The notes: generated by a model from the sequence alone, not told the origin. Positions 24,990-37,189 are shown, counted from the stretch's first letter. The stretch is 64,000 bases of DNA from Balanoglossus misakiensis (GCA_040954595.2 CM082589.2:11048894-11112893); one strand, 5' to 3'. A program made the numbers and translations.

Positions 24990-27320
24990 ATCTAAGTTAG
25001 TTACAAAACCAGTCTTTATCTGTGTATCGAAAATTGAACGTACCGCGTGTATTCTTTTGAAATAAAACTGAACTTAGGACAGGTGTGAGAAACTGTTTAA
25101 ACTCTGAACACACTGCGTGCGACTACCCCCGTTTAAAACTGACGTGCTCATCATATTACAGCCCCGGATTACAGCTTCTGTGAAGTCAAAATATGTTTCT
25201 CTTGTACTGCAATTAAATGTTAATAATGTTTTTCTCTGTTTGGGAGCAGAGGTTTTGTCTTAAAATCAACTTTTGTTGTGTGCGAGCGTGCGTTGGACGA
25301 ACGTCATGAATTTTAACCAGTGACATGACAGGAAGTTCAACAGCAGGGCGATTAGCAGGACGATTCGCACTTTTCTGGTGGGACATCGTGCATGTGCATT
25401 GTTGACGAGAAAAATGCAGGAAACTCGCCAGGTGTAGCTTGACCAAACTACGCGACAAGACGGCCGTCAAATATCCCCAAACAAGCTTGTATGAGTACAC
25501 CAACTTGTGAGTCAAAGGTTTTCCAAGTGTAGATAGGCCTATACACCGAACACGAGTTTGTATGGTTTTTGAATTAGAGTGCCGTGACAGGCGCCTGTCA
25601 ATAGCCTCGGCTATTTACCAGTAAATCCCCCCATTTTGTAAATCTGAGTTAGTTACAGAATAATTCTTTATCTGTGTATCGAAAATGGGACGTGTATTCT
25701 TTTGAAATAAAACTGCTCCGTTAATAAATGACGTGCCCATCACATTACAGCTTCTGTGAAGTTAGCCCTACGTACGTACATGCAGGGGTAAGCCTGTGTG
25801 TTCGTGGCGTTACACGGCCTGGAAACGCCGCGAACGCACAGACCTGTACGTAGGGCTACTGTTAGACTAGCCCACTAGTCGCTTGGTGATTTTTAAATAT
25901 CAATACTCAATATTTTCGGTGTTTTTTTGTCTTAATAAATAAATGCAATACTTTTTGCGTGAATGCTTGCCTTGAGCGTGTTTTTAATAGTGAGGTGAGT
26001 TTCGAATTTGGGACTGAGCTTGTGGTTTCGGGTAGCGTCGCGTTCCCTACACATAATGAAGCCCATAGACTTGGAGCAAGTCTAGGCTACTGTTAGTCAG
26101 AATATGTTTCTCTTGTACGGCAATTAAATGTTAATAATGTTTTTCTCTGTTTGGGAGCAGAGGTTTTGTCTTAAAATCAACTTTTGTTGTGTGCGAGCGT
26201 GCGTTGGACGAACGTCATGAATTTTAACCAGTGACATGACAGGAAGTTCAACAGCAGGGCGATTAGCAGGACGATTCGCACTTTTCTGGTGGGACATCGT
26301 GCATGTGCATTGTTGACGAGAAAAATGCAGGAAACTCGCCAGGTGTAGCTTGACCAAACTACGCGACAAGACAGCAGTCAAATATCCCCAAACAAGCTTG
26401 TATGAGTACACCAACTTGTGAGTCAAAGGTTTTCCAAGTGTAGATAGGCCTATACACCGAACACGAGTTTGTATGGTTTTTGAATTAGAGTGCCGTGACA
26501 GGCGCCTGTCAATAGCCTCGGCTATTTAAATCCCCCCATTTTGTAAATCTGAGTTAGTTACAGAATAATTCTTTATCTGTGTATCGAAAATGGGACGTGT
26601 ATTCTTTTGAAATAAAACTGCTCCGTTAATAAATGACGTGCCCATCACATTACAGCTTCTGTGAAGTTAGCCCTACGTACGTACATGCAGGGGTAAGCCT
26701 GTGTGTTCGCGGCGTTACACGGCCTGGAAACGCTGCGAACGCACAGACCTGTACGTAGGGCTACTGTTAGACTAGCCCACTAGTCGCTTGGTGATTTTTA
26801 AATATCAATACTCAATATTTTCGGTGTTTTTTTTTGTCTTAATAAATAAATGCAATACTTTTTGCGTGAATGCTTGCCTTGAGCGTGTTTTTAATAGTGA
26901 GGTGAGTTTCGAATTTGGGACTGAGCTTGTGGTTTCGGGTAGCGTCGCGTTCCCTACACATAATGAAGCCCATAGACTTGGAGCAAGTCTAGGCTACTGT
27001 TAGTCAGAATATGTTTCTCTTGTACGGCAATTAAATGTTAATAATGTTTTTCTCTGTTTGGGAGCAAAAGTTTTGTTTTAAAATCAACTTTTGTTGTGTG
27101 CGCGCGTGCGTTGGTCGAACGTCATGAACTTTAACCAGTGACATGACAGGAAGTTCAACAGCAGGGCGATTAGCAGGACGATTCGCACTTTTCTGGTGGG
27201 ACATCGTGCATGTGCATTGTTGACGAGAAAAATGCAGGAAACTCGCCAGGTGTAGCTTGACCAACACCACGCGACAAGACGGCCGTCAACGGCCCACCGA
27301 ATCAAGCGTGTCTGACACCA
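24990..27320. repeat. ~910 bp tandem repeat (about 2.5 copies) in the shared upstream region of the two transposon genes
   Basis: The same minus-strand ORF ends at 25213, 26124 and 27031 (offsets 911 and 907). The two middle copies are nearly identical, and the outer edges are more diverged. Confidence 0.92.
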
Positions 27321-27415
27321 ACTTTAGGGTTTCGTCGAATCATGGGTTTCCCAAGTGTATATATACCATGTATACTGCGAACACAAGTTAGTGTGCCACA
27401 GTCTGCATATTCGAC

Positions 27416-30400
27416 ATGGGGCGAAAGAAGTGGTGGTTGGAAGAGTCCAGCAACGCAGCGTACTTGTATTCTATCGAAAATGGCAAGAAATTTAGGATGC
27501 GAAACAAGAAGACTGGGGTGGAGTTTGAAGAGGTTATTTCGATGTCTGTTTTTAAAGACAAGCCGGACGCGTTAAAGGTAAGACTTTGGTCGCTGTCACT
27601 GTCAGCAGTTTTAAACCAAGGAGCACCTTGTGCGCTGTGTATGATGATTAATTCGTGAAATTGCTGCCATAACATTGCAGTACATGATGTACAGTCTATG
27701 CTAGCCGTGCGTACAGGTATGTATGTTCCCGGTGTTACATGGTGTAACGCCGGGAACATACAGACCTGTACGCACGGCTAAGTCTATGCACATGCAGTGC
27801 CCGCACTGACCAAACAACAACATATACATTATGATCGCGTTGTCAAATAACCGCTGTTTATTTTTTTAGACAAACGTACAAGCAATTCCGCCTATGTAGT
27901 GACGACAAGTGAATCTATTTTTAACGCTTCCCGTACGACCTACATGTCGCACCGTAGTTGAGAGCTAGCGCTCTCAACCATGGTGCGGCCTGTGCTGTGG
28001 GTTGGATGGTCTGAAGTGCGGATGATCGCTCCTGTTATCATCGGTCCAAATTGGCACCGTGCCGCGAGTCGACACTTCAGCCTGCGTCTATGTAAACAGT
28101 TGTCATCTGCTACAACTTCACAAGCGCATAAACCGTCGAGCTACGTGCAGCCGGTGTGATGTTGATAACCGCGTGCATTATTACCGTTATAATTTCTTCT
28201 AAAATACTTTTACATTACAGTTTGAATTTCTGCAGTCATCTGGACAGAATTTTGTTTTTGTGTTGGAGAGGAAATACTTTGAATGGAATCGGTCCACGTT
28301 CAGCAGAAAGTTCAAGGAGGCAAGCACCCCAGGAGAAATGGTAGCTGTCTTTACTGACTGGCGAGCTCAATTTAATGATAGTCCAATGTCTATAGGGGGT
28401 ACCGATGACGAGGAGGATCAAGAAGATCATGATGGTGAAATCATTTTCAACACAAGTTCTCCAAACTGTAGTGGCAGATCTACTAGTTCACTTGACAGCC
28501 CACATGCACGCCCCAGTAGTGGCCGTCCAGCTTCGGGTAGAATGTAAGTTTTTTTTTATGCATTGTGCCACTGTGAGAGGACATAAACACAGGATCAACT
28601 TTGTATGTTTAACGACAAATAGGAAGTGCATGGCTGATTTAATTTGTAATATATCCATCAATATTGACATTTCTATACCTTATAGTGACCTTACTTTGCA
28701 AATTTTATAATTTCTGGGAATCACTATTTTTGCTTTGAAGGCTGTGTTTGAACCATGTAATGACTGTTTCCCAAGCCTGTTCTATATTGTACTGAGGCTC
28801 ATTTCCTTTAGAATCTCCATTACTTTGATAGCTTTTGTACTAAATTTATTATGTCTTCTCTTGTTTTTATGTGGGTGCGTAAAAAAGTAGATATTGTCAT
28901 TTTGTGTCATTTAAAATTCACTTACAAATGGTTCTGCTTTCAATGTTATGAACACAACCATGAAATCAGTGAAAAAATCAATTTAAAAAAAATCCTCATT
29001 TTTCTTCCCTATAGGGTACGTCCTAAGAAGCGGAAATTGACCCAAGCGACTGATTCAGTTAGTGCTGTTACGTTGAAAAGGCAGTATGTAGAGGAACTTA
29101 AAAGTGATGTTCAGACCCGTGTACATCAGGCATTTTGTGGTAAGGTTGTTAGTTCTTACATGGATATATGGGAGACGGTCCAAGGACTGTTTCTGTGAAT
29201 CCTGTTGGCAGTTCATGTCCATTAAACATTTCTTTGTGTCACTACTGTCAATTTTCACAATTTCATGGATCTCAACCATTTTGAATAGCAAAGCAAACAA
29301 GTTGATAACCTTATGTAATTCTTATGACAGATGTTATTTGAAATATATGCATCAAATATTGACATTTCTAGAGAGAGAGAGAGTTATGTATGTAATTATT
29401 TACACTGCTGTTCACTTTCAGGACATTTTACCATAAGTGTAAGAGCATTGGAAGGAGGGGACCAGCAAATCCGTGAAAGTGATGATCAATTTCTTAAGCA
29501 GCTAATCAAGTCTATGGAGGATTACAGAGATGAAGCATACCAGCCATTGTGTTTGTCTGTGAGGGATTTACTAGACACCTCCCAGTTTGATGGAACAAAG
29601 GCAAGCATATTTAAATTTTCACATTCCCGTCTTATGTAGCAAAGACAGATACTGAGTATGGCTGTTATCAAATATCACATGAGAGACCAGTTATCATTTT
29701 GGAATGGTGTAATAATATTTTACTTATCTAATGTCATGTTTTTCGTTGATTCATGTGTTCTCACCGTGGCAAGTTTGCTGAATTCTGCTGCACATGTTCT
29801 TGATGTTGACAACCCTCCAGCTCACCCAAGTTTTCCTTGTTTTGGTGTGTTGTATGGGCTGTCACCTGTCGTTCACAACTTTACATTATATTTTTCTCAC
29901 GTTTAATGCTGTACACAATAAATACAGCAAAAGATGAAAGGTTTCTTTCAAAAGCCGAGTTCCTATCAACAATTAACAGCAGAATGTTTCAGATTTGAAT
30001 TGGAGTAGAGTAGAGTAACAATTACTTCTGTGTACATGTCTGTGTGTTCCTGGCATCAGATAGTCTCTACCCAAGCCCTGCTTCAGTCCATAAACTATTA
30101 AAAATGGTGTCTGGTTCTGCGCGGGATTGCACATTGGTGTTGCCAATACTGAATAGTGCAGTGTATTTCTTTTCAGGTCAATGGTTATGCCTATGATGTC
30201 ATTGGTGGCCAACACACCCTACTTGCCACAAGAGAACTTGCAAAGCGTCATCAAAGTGATCACCGATTCAAGACTTTAAACTGTGTAGTGTATGTGGGAC
30301 TTCAAGATGAAGATAAGAAGTGGTTAGGTGTTCGCCACAACAAAACTGGTGAATTCCGTCATGCAATGACATTCAGAGACAAGGTAATTTCATTTCAATA

Positions 30401-33400
30401 AACTTTTGAATGTAGCTGGTGTTGACCATCAGGTCATTCAATGAGAACTCATTAGTATACATGTATTTGTAACCATATAAATAGGTTGTGTAAATCAGTG
30501 CAAATTGCAAAATCATCTTAAAAGGGAACAATCACAGAAACAGCTTCATCTGTTTGCTATAAATGTGAAATAAGATTCTTTTTGTTAATATGAAATATGC
30601 ATCAAGTAAAGGCTATTAACTTGTTAAATAAAAGCCATTTGCCCTCCAGCATAGGGCAAATGACATTCTGCATTCAGGGCCCATAAACCAATGTATTCAG
30701 GGTTTCTCACAGATGCTAAACCAAGTGGTTTGTTTGTTTGGTAGGTTGCAATCTGCCGAGCAAGTCGGAGTGAAATGCCGGAGGATATACAGCCCAGTGA
30801 GTTTAAGAATTCATGTAGAATTATTCTCAATGAGGTAAGTTGTTTTCGTCAATGTGGAAATTCAATGTGGTGTCTTTTAAAGAATGTCAGTATTAAGATA
30901 TGGCAGAACTTATTTTCCCAACATATTTTTTTCATCGCCCCGTTTGATATTTAAATAAAATACAACATTACATGCATAAATAAATCAAAGTTTGTGAGAC
31001 ACTGTTAAGTTCCAAATAATAGTAATTTTTAGTACTTGCCTGTCTTCTATATTTCTCACTGCACTTCAGACTTACAATATTGTAATACACCATAGTTAAG
31101 TTACATGAAATTATTTTCACAGTAACTGGTTGATTAATATTAATGCTTCCCCGAAAAGTCCAGTTTGCTGGCTTTGCAAAATAATTGGCATGTCATATTT
31201 TTGTCTTCTGTAGGAAAAAGTCAACCAGACAGTTGACATAGCATGCATGTTGGCTTCGTATGATGATCCAACATATTCATTAATCAGGCAGTTCCTGGAG
31301 ATGTTTGAAGATGGAGGTCTCAAAGACCAGAAGCTGAAATCATCAGACAGGATTTCAAGACCGGACTTCAAACCTTACAAGTTCAAGCATTTCAAAGTTT
31401 TGGATGTCAAGACAATCCAGTCCCTTCTTCAAGATGCTATAGACCACAATTTATCCCTTGAACAGTTCACTCAGGAAAGCGCTGTCCTTTCGAAACTCAG
31501 ACGTGTTCAACGTGCGTTCATTCACGAGACAGGAGTGTGCGATTGGGAAGAGGCAGTAAAGACATATCCTCATGAAACAACACGGGAACGACTTCTAAGA
31601 TTTACAAACCTAAAATTCAATGGACTGACCATACCAGAGACCTTTGTGCAGTATTGTCGAAGAGTACAGAGGGAGAAAGCTGAGGGCCTTAATGCCAGAC
31701 CAGCAGACGTTTACCCTGGTAATGGAGGGAACCGAGGAATAATCTTTCAGGCAGATGTGCTGAAGTTGAACCAGACTATTCTCAAGGAAAATGGGGTGAA
31801 CTGTGATGGCTTCGACCTGGCTGTTGTTGATGTTCCCAGTGTGAGTTATTTCATTTTTTATTGCAAGGTTATAATATTGCTAAGGCATTGGAAAAAGCAT
31901 ATTTTTTAGACCAAACATTTCTCAGATTTAAAATTAAGTGTTAAGTGAGAATGAAGACATTAGCTACGTTTTTCCGTGCAGACATATTGGGATATTCACT
32001 GGTAAATCTCATAAATCTGAAGTAATTGGTGAGATCATGTTGAGTCTCATATTACACTCCTTGTAGGACTGCACCATTATTTATAGGGGGTGATTACAAA
32101 CAAAGGGGTTGCAGAACGATAGTATTGTTTTATCATTTGATATAGAGTTTAAAAAAGACAGTGTGATCAGAGTCATCTACGGGGCGTATAGCTATATAAA
32201 TTCCTTCCAGTGCAATGATTTCAGGGCAATGATTTATTACAGGGTGTCATTTAATTCCATAATCTCACCCAATTACACCTTCTGAGATTGGCAGTAACAT
32301 TTTTTTACAAATATTTTACATTGTGTTTCAGGACTGGTCAATGGATGATATTAGGGAATTTGTAGTTGTCATGAAAAATCTAAATACGAATACCAGCAGT
32401 TACAGGGTCATTCTGCTTTGTGAAGTTGACAACCTGGTGAAAATCAAGCAAGAACTGAAAGCCACACACTGTTTCAAGAGAGTTGAAGATGGATTCTACT
32501 ATGTGGAAAACACAAAAAGAGGTTTGTATACATATTTAGTACCTAGCTGGTATATTTAAATATAAAATTATGACCTTTGACATCAGACCACTCTTATCAC
32601 TTGCACCTACCATTTAACTATATTAAGTCCATATTAAAATATTATAAGCAGCAATATTTGTCTTTCATATTTCTTTCAGAGACAAAGGTGACCTTGACAC
32701 GTTCCGTCAAGGGATTGGTTGTTGCGTATGCATCAACTTCTGCACAGATAACAGAAGATCAAGTCTCCTGTGCTGGCAGGCATAATTTTTGGAGTGTGAA
32801 GCAGGATGTTCTGGAGAAGGATGGGGAGGGTGCTGTAATTTGCTCAAGGCAAAAGCCGCTTAACCTGTTTGAGTATCTCATTAAAGACTTTGCATCGCCA
32901 GGATCATGGATGCTGGATGGTATATGTGGTGCAGGTGAGATACAGAACATTTACATCACTCACAATCTAGCCAACTGTAGTCAAAACGGGGTAACTGATG
33001 AATGGACATCACAGTGTTCTCTCATATTAATGAGTGTTGGCCAATACCCCCTTTCATTTGTGGAAAACATAAAAAACAATGTTTATTTTACACAACAATG
33101 AATTGCATCGTTATGCAAATAAGTCAATAATTTATCAGGGATTGCTGGGGAAAACACTCATAGTCATTTTTGAAAAATAAAGTAACCTGCAGATGTAAAA
33201 ATTTTGACTGGTTGTGCAAGTTTACCTTTGGTGCTCGTTTTGCGTAACATGAGTGGAGTGGAAGGGCTGTTAGGCCAATAATCATTATTGTCTCTCTCTG
33301 TTTCGAAAGTTTACACGCAGTCATCCCATAAGGCTAGCACACTATTTTTCTGTCAATGAACCCGTAGTACTGCTGGTATTCTTTCCAGTAATATACGTAA

Positions 33401-33668
33401 AATTATATCAACTGATGGAAAAGAGGTGACAGGTAGAGACATTGTTTTGTATAATATATACTGTGATGCAAAGACCCAATTTTTTGCAATGACTATATTA
33501 ACATTTACAAATATATTGCATTTTTCAGGCACTGCTGTAATTGCTGGGCTGACAAATGATGTCAACGTGGTGGGAATAGACACCAATGAAAGATGTATCT
33601 CTCACTGCAAAGTGAGATGTCAATCTCTTCTTGGACTAACAGATGCAGAAGATCTGGAGTTTGATTGA
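27416..33668 (+). CDS. ParB/Srx-like domain fused to a beta-class N6-adenine/N4-cytosine DNA methyltransferase-like domain, 10 exons, ~760 aa
   Basis: Exons 27416-27577, 28236-28543, 29015-29139, 29422-29600 (GC donor), 30177-30383, 30745-30834, 31214-31840, 32332-32521, 32680-32934, 33529-33668; total 2283 nt in one open frame. NLS-like RPKKRK. ParB-like QIRESDDQFLKQLIKSM…PLCLSV…YDVIGGQHTLLA…VVY…LGVRHN. MTase-like IFQADVL…FDLAVVDVPS, then QKPLNLFEYLIKDFASPGSWMLDGICGAGTAVIAG…VVGIDTN (motif IV before motifs X-I-II, the beta order). Confidence 0.82.
27702..27780. mobile_element. 79 bp palindromic MITE, TAG..CTA ends, 9 bp TSD (AcademH-like)
   Basis: AGTCTATGC at 27693-27701 and 27781-27789 flanks TAGCCGTGCGTACAGGT…ACCTGTACGCACGGCTA. 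Confidence 0.85.
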
Positions 33669-33896
33669 TGAGGGTTTTGATAAGATGCTCATACAGTACA
33701 CCTAATACAGTCCTGTATGTTTGAGCTAATATTATGAATTTTCTGTTTTTATGCATTTTCTCTGTCTTTTTCCACATATTTTGAACAAATCTTGATTTCT
33801 GAAAGTGAAAAGCTGATTTCTTAAGTTGGTCTGAGTTACCATGGTTTTGTTCAAATTGTTGCAAAATGTGCATTTTTATAATTTTTGCAATTTTTG

Positions 33897-34818
33897 TCTG
33901 TGGGTGTGTCCCTTGCAAGAAATTTCTGACATCTGTGGGTGTGTCCCTTGCGAGAAATTTCTGACATCGGTGGGTGTGTCCCTTGCGAGAAATTTCTGAC
34001 ATCGGTGGGTGTGTCCCTTGCAAGAAATTTCTGACATCGGTGGGTGTGACCCTTGCAAGAAATTTCTGACATCGGTGGGTGTGTCCCTTGCAAGAAATTT
34101 CTGACATCGGTGGGTGTGTCCCTTGCAAGAAATTTCTGACATCGGTGGGTGTGTCCCTTGCAAGAAATTTCTGACATCGGTGGGTGTGTCCCTTGCAAGA
34201 AATTTCTGACATCGGTGGGTGTGTCCCTTGCAAGAAATTTCTGACATCGGTGGGTGTGTCCCTTGCAAGAAATTTCTGACATCGGTGGGTGTGTCCCTTG
34301 CAAGAAATTTCTGACATCGGTGGGTGTGTCCCTTGCAAGAAATTTCTGACATCTGTGGGTGTGACCCTTGCAAGAAATTTCTGACATCGGTGGGCGTGTC
34401 CCTTGCAAGAAATTTCTGACATCGGTGGGCGTGTCCCTTGCAAGAAATTTCTGACATCGGTGGGCGTGTCCCTTGCAAGAAATTTCTGACATCTGTGGGT
34501 GTGTCCCTTGCAAGAAATTTCTGACATCTGTGGGTGTGACCCTTGCAAGAAATTTCTGACATCGGTGGGTGTGACCCTTGCAAGAAATTTCTGACATCGG
34601 TGGGTGTGTCCCTTGCAAGAAATTTCTGACATCGGTGGGTGTGTCCCTTGCAAGAAATTTCTGACATCGGTGGGTGTGACCCTTGCAAGAAATTTCTGAC
34701 ATCGGTGGGTGTGTCCCTTGCAAGAAATTTCTGACATCTGTGGGTGTGACCCTTGCAAGAAATTTCTGACATCGTTGGGTGTTGACATCGGTGGGTGTGT
34801 CCCTTGCAAGAAATTTCT
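33897..34818. repeat. Right subterminal 35 bp minisatellite (~26 units), related to the left array
   Basis: Unit CCCTTGCAAGAAATTTCTGACATCGGTGGGTGTGT: same length and same orientation as the left array, differing at about 4 positions. Confidence 0.97.
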
Positions 34819-35385
34819 TAACTTGTATGAGATCTTAATTTTAATGAGCATAAACATAATTTTTGTGTGAAAATATCTGTAAATCAACTTTGTAATTTTT
34901 ATCAGTGCTTTTTATGCAAGAATATTGGGCTTATCTGTATAAAACTCCTTATGTGTAAGAATAAACACAAAATTATTGGTTTGAAAACCTCGAATGTCAC
35001 ATTGTGATTTTTTCATTGTTAATTTTTCTATGGTGGACTATAGATATCACTATTTCTATGAATTTTTTTATTTTTTATTTTCTACAAGTTAGTAATAAGT
35101 TTTTCAATAATAATTTGTGAAAATGTTCCCACCAACCATAAACAGTCTAAGCACCAATTATCAATGTGGTTTTTTTCACCATACTCGTTTTCTTTATAAA
35201 TACATGAAAGTAGATTTTTCCTTTAAAATATCGGCGATGGAATATGCAAAGGCAACTAAAGAAAAGATTACTAAGTAAAAACTATACATCTTCATAATTT
35301 AACTGCTATTTTAACTTTATTTCAATGAAATTTCCTGAAATTTTTGGTTTTCGGTTATTGGGAAATTGTTTTCGTGCTGTTCTGG

Positions 35386-36988
35386 TTGCATTTCCACCTA
35401 AAGGCGTCCTATTGGCGTGGAAATTGTATAACTTGAAATCGTTTGACTGGGTGATAGGTATTAATATCTTATGATGTTATAAAACACTTGGCTCGCCGAA
35501 GGTATGGACCGATTATAGCGTCAGTCGTGTCATACAATCTATATGAACGTCATGGGTCAATAAACTTGATGGTCCAATAAAATTCAATGGTTAGTAAAAC
35601 TATTGTGTCCAATGTCTGCAGAGTATACTGGCTGCAACATGTGTATGAGTCAGGATTAATGTCTGTAGCCATCAACCCAAAAGGTGAACGTCCTATTCTC
35701 ACTAACTTAAATAGGTTTTGCGACCTAGTTGAGTTATAAAAACCTTATGATAAAGTCGACACAATTTCAAGATGACGATGTGCAAATGAGAGTTCATAAG
35801 CTAAAGTAAAGTTCAATGAATTCTATACAAAGTTCAAAAAAGATTGTTTACTAAAGGAAGACAATTCAATAAAACGCCCTAACACAGCCTGAACTCCGAT
35901 AATGTGTTGTCCCAAAATTCATTCCGTGGAAAATAATCACTGGTCTGTTTACGTATTTCAGCCGATTTTCCAAGGACTACTGCAACCCGCCAGAAGTGAG
36001 TAGCCTGCTAATGAGATCTCCACAACATAACGTAATGACGGTCAAAGTCCGATGCCCCAGTGTCCGTCCTCAGCCCACCAAAAAAAGCGAAAAAATATTA
36101 CAAAAACCTTCTTCTCAAAATCGACGTGGCCTAGGACCTTGAAATTTGGCACAGGGGATTTTGGCCACATGGTCTACAAAAATCGCGAAAAGAATGTACA
36201 TGCCCCCATTAACGTGCAAATTAGGTCAATTTGAAAATTTCGCTCGATTATAGCAACAAAGTCACGTGACTAATTACAAATTCAAAGGGCTGGTGCACCA
36301 GTACTATGGGCCCCAACCACCGTGCCAAATTTGGAAGGCGCACCTGCCGGAATTTCAGAGAAAAACGGGCGCAAAAAAACGACTCAAGAAGAAAGAAGAC
36401 AAACTCCAGCAATAACAGAAGGGGACCAAGCGCCTGAGGGCTCTTGGTCCCCTAAATATGGGACTAAACTTGACAGATACCCGGAATATTTTCCTATTCA
36501 GGATACCTGGTTGCATTTCCACCTAAAGGCGTCCTATTGGCGTGGAAATTGTATAACTTGAAATCGTTTGACTGGGTGATAGGTATTAATATCTTATGAT
36601 GTTATAAAACACTTGGCTCGCCGAAGGTATGGACCGATTATAGCGTCAGTCGTGTCATACAATCTATATGAACGTCATGGGTCAATAAACTTGATGGTCC
36701 AATAAAATTCAATGGTTAGTAAAACTATTGTGTCCAATGTCTGCAGAGTATACTGGCTGCAACATGTGTATGAGTCAGGATTAATGTCTGTAGCCATCAA
36801 CCCAAAAGGTGAACGTCCTATTCTCACTAACTTAAATAGGTTTTGCGACCTAGTTGAGTTATAAAAACCTTATGATAAAGTCGACACAATTTCAAGATGA
36901 CGATGTGCAAATGAGAGTTCATAAGCTAAAGTAAAGTTCAATGAATTCTATACAAAGTTCAAAAAAGATTGTTTACTAAAGGAAGACA
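35386..36988. repeat. Remainder of copy 1 (35386-35863) and uninterrupted copy 2 (35864-36988) of the 1125 bp tandem duplication
   Basis: 35386-35863 matches 36511-36988 (offset 1125), and 35863-36510 matches 16200-16847. Confidence 0.93.
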
Positions 36989-37189
36989 TGAAAAAACTGA
37001 TATCGTCTCTTCATATTCGTACATGTCCAACTGTTGTGATTTGACCCCTCCCCCCCCCCCAGGACATGGTACATGAAGCTATTACTTAGTACACACTTAA
37101 ACAATTGGCATTTGAAGTGCCTTGCTTGACAGTGTTTAAAGCGGTGGTCAGTTGCGTTTATCTCTCGCCACTTCATGCATCATGTCGCC

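Larger units (their letters stand above)
16848..35381. mobile_element. Giant (18,534 bp) two-gene DNA transposon: Sola-like transposase plus ParB-MTase cargo gene
   Basis: TIRs AACAGCACGAAAACAATTTCCCAAT(T/A)ACCGAAAA at 16848-16881 and 35348-35381 (one mismatch). CTGG is duplicated at 16844-16847 and 35382-35385. The empty site ATAC-CTGG-TTGC is present at 36503-36514. A transposase gene lies inside. Confidence 0.93.

Noticed and set aside
25213-27305. Repeated 79-100 aa ORF as a third transposon gene
   Set aside because: Its recurrence follows from the tandem repeat. It has non-ATG starts, no recognisable motif and a different N-terminus in the third copy.
27416-33668. Bacterial or phage contamination as the source of the ParB-MTase
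   Set aside because: The gene has nine spliceosomal introns and an NLS-like motif, and is embedded in animal repeats.
16848-35381. Polinton/Maverick (similar size, has TIRs)
   Set aside because: No pPolB, retroviral-type integrase, ATPase or capsid genes; the TIRs are short and the TSD is not 6 bp.
16200-36988. LTRs of a retro-element, or split direct repeats of a DIRS/Ngaro element
   Set aside because: No gag, RT or tyrosine recombinase inside. The A-[TIR element]-B-A-B layout is fully explained by a tandem duplication plus a TIR insertion with TSD.
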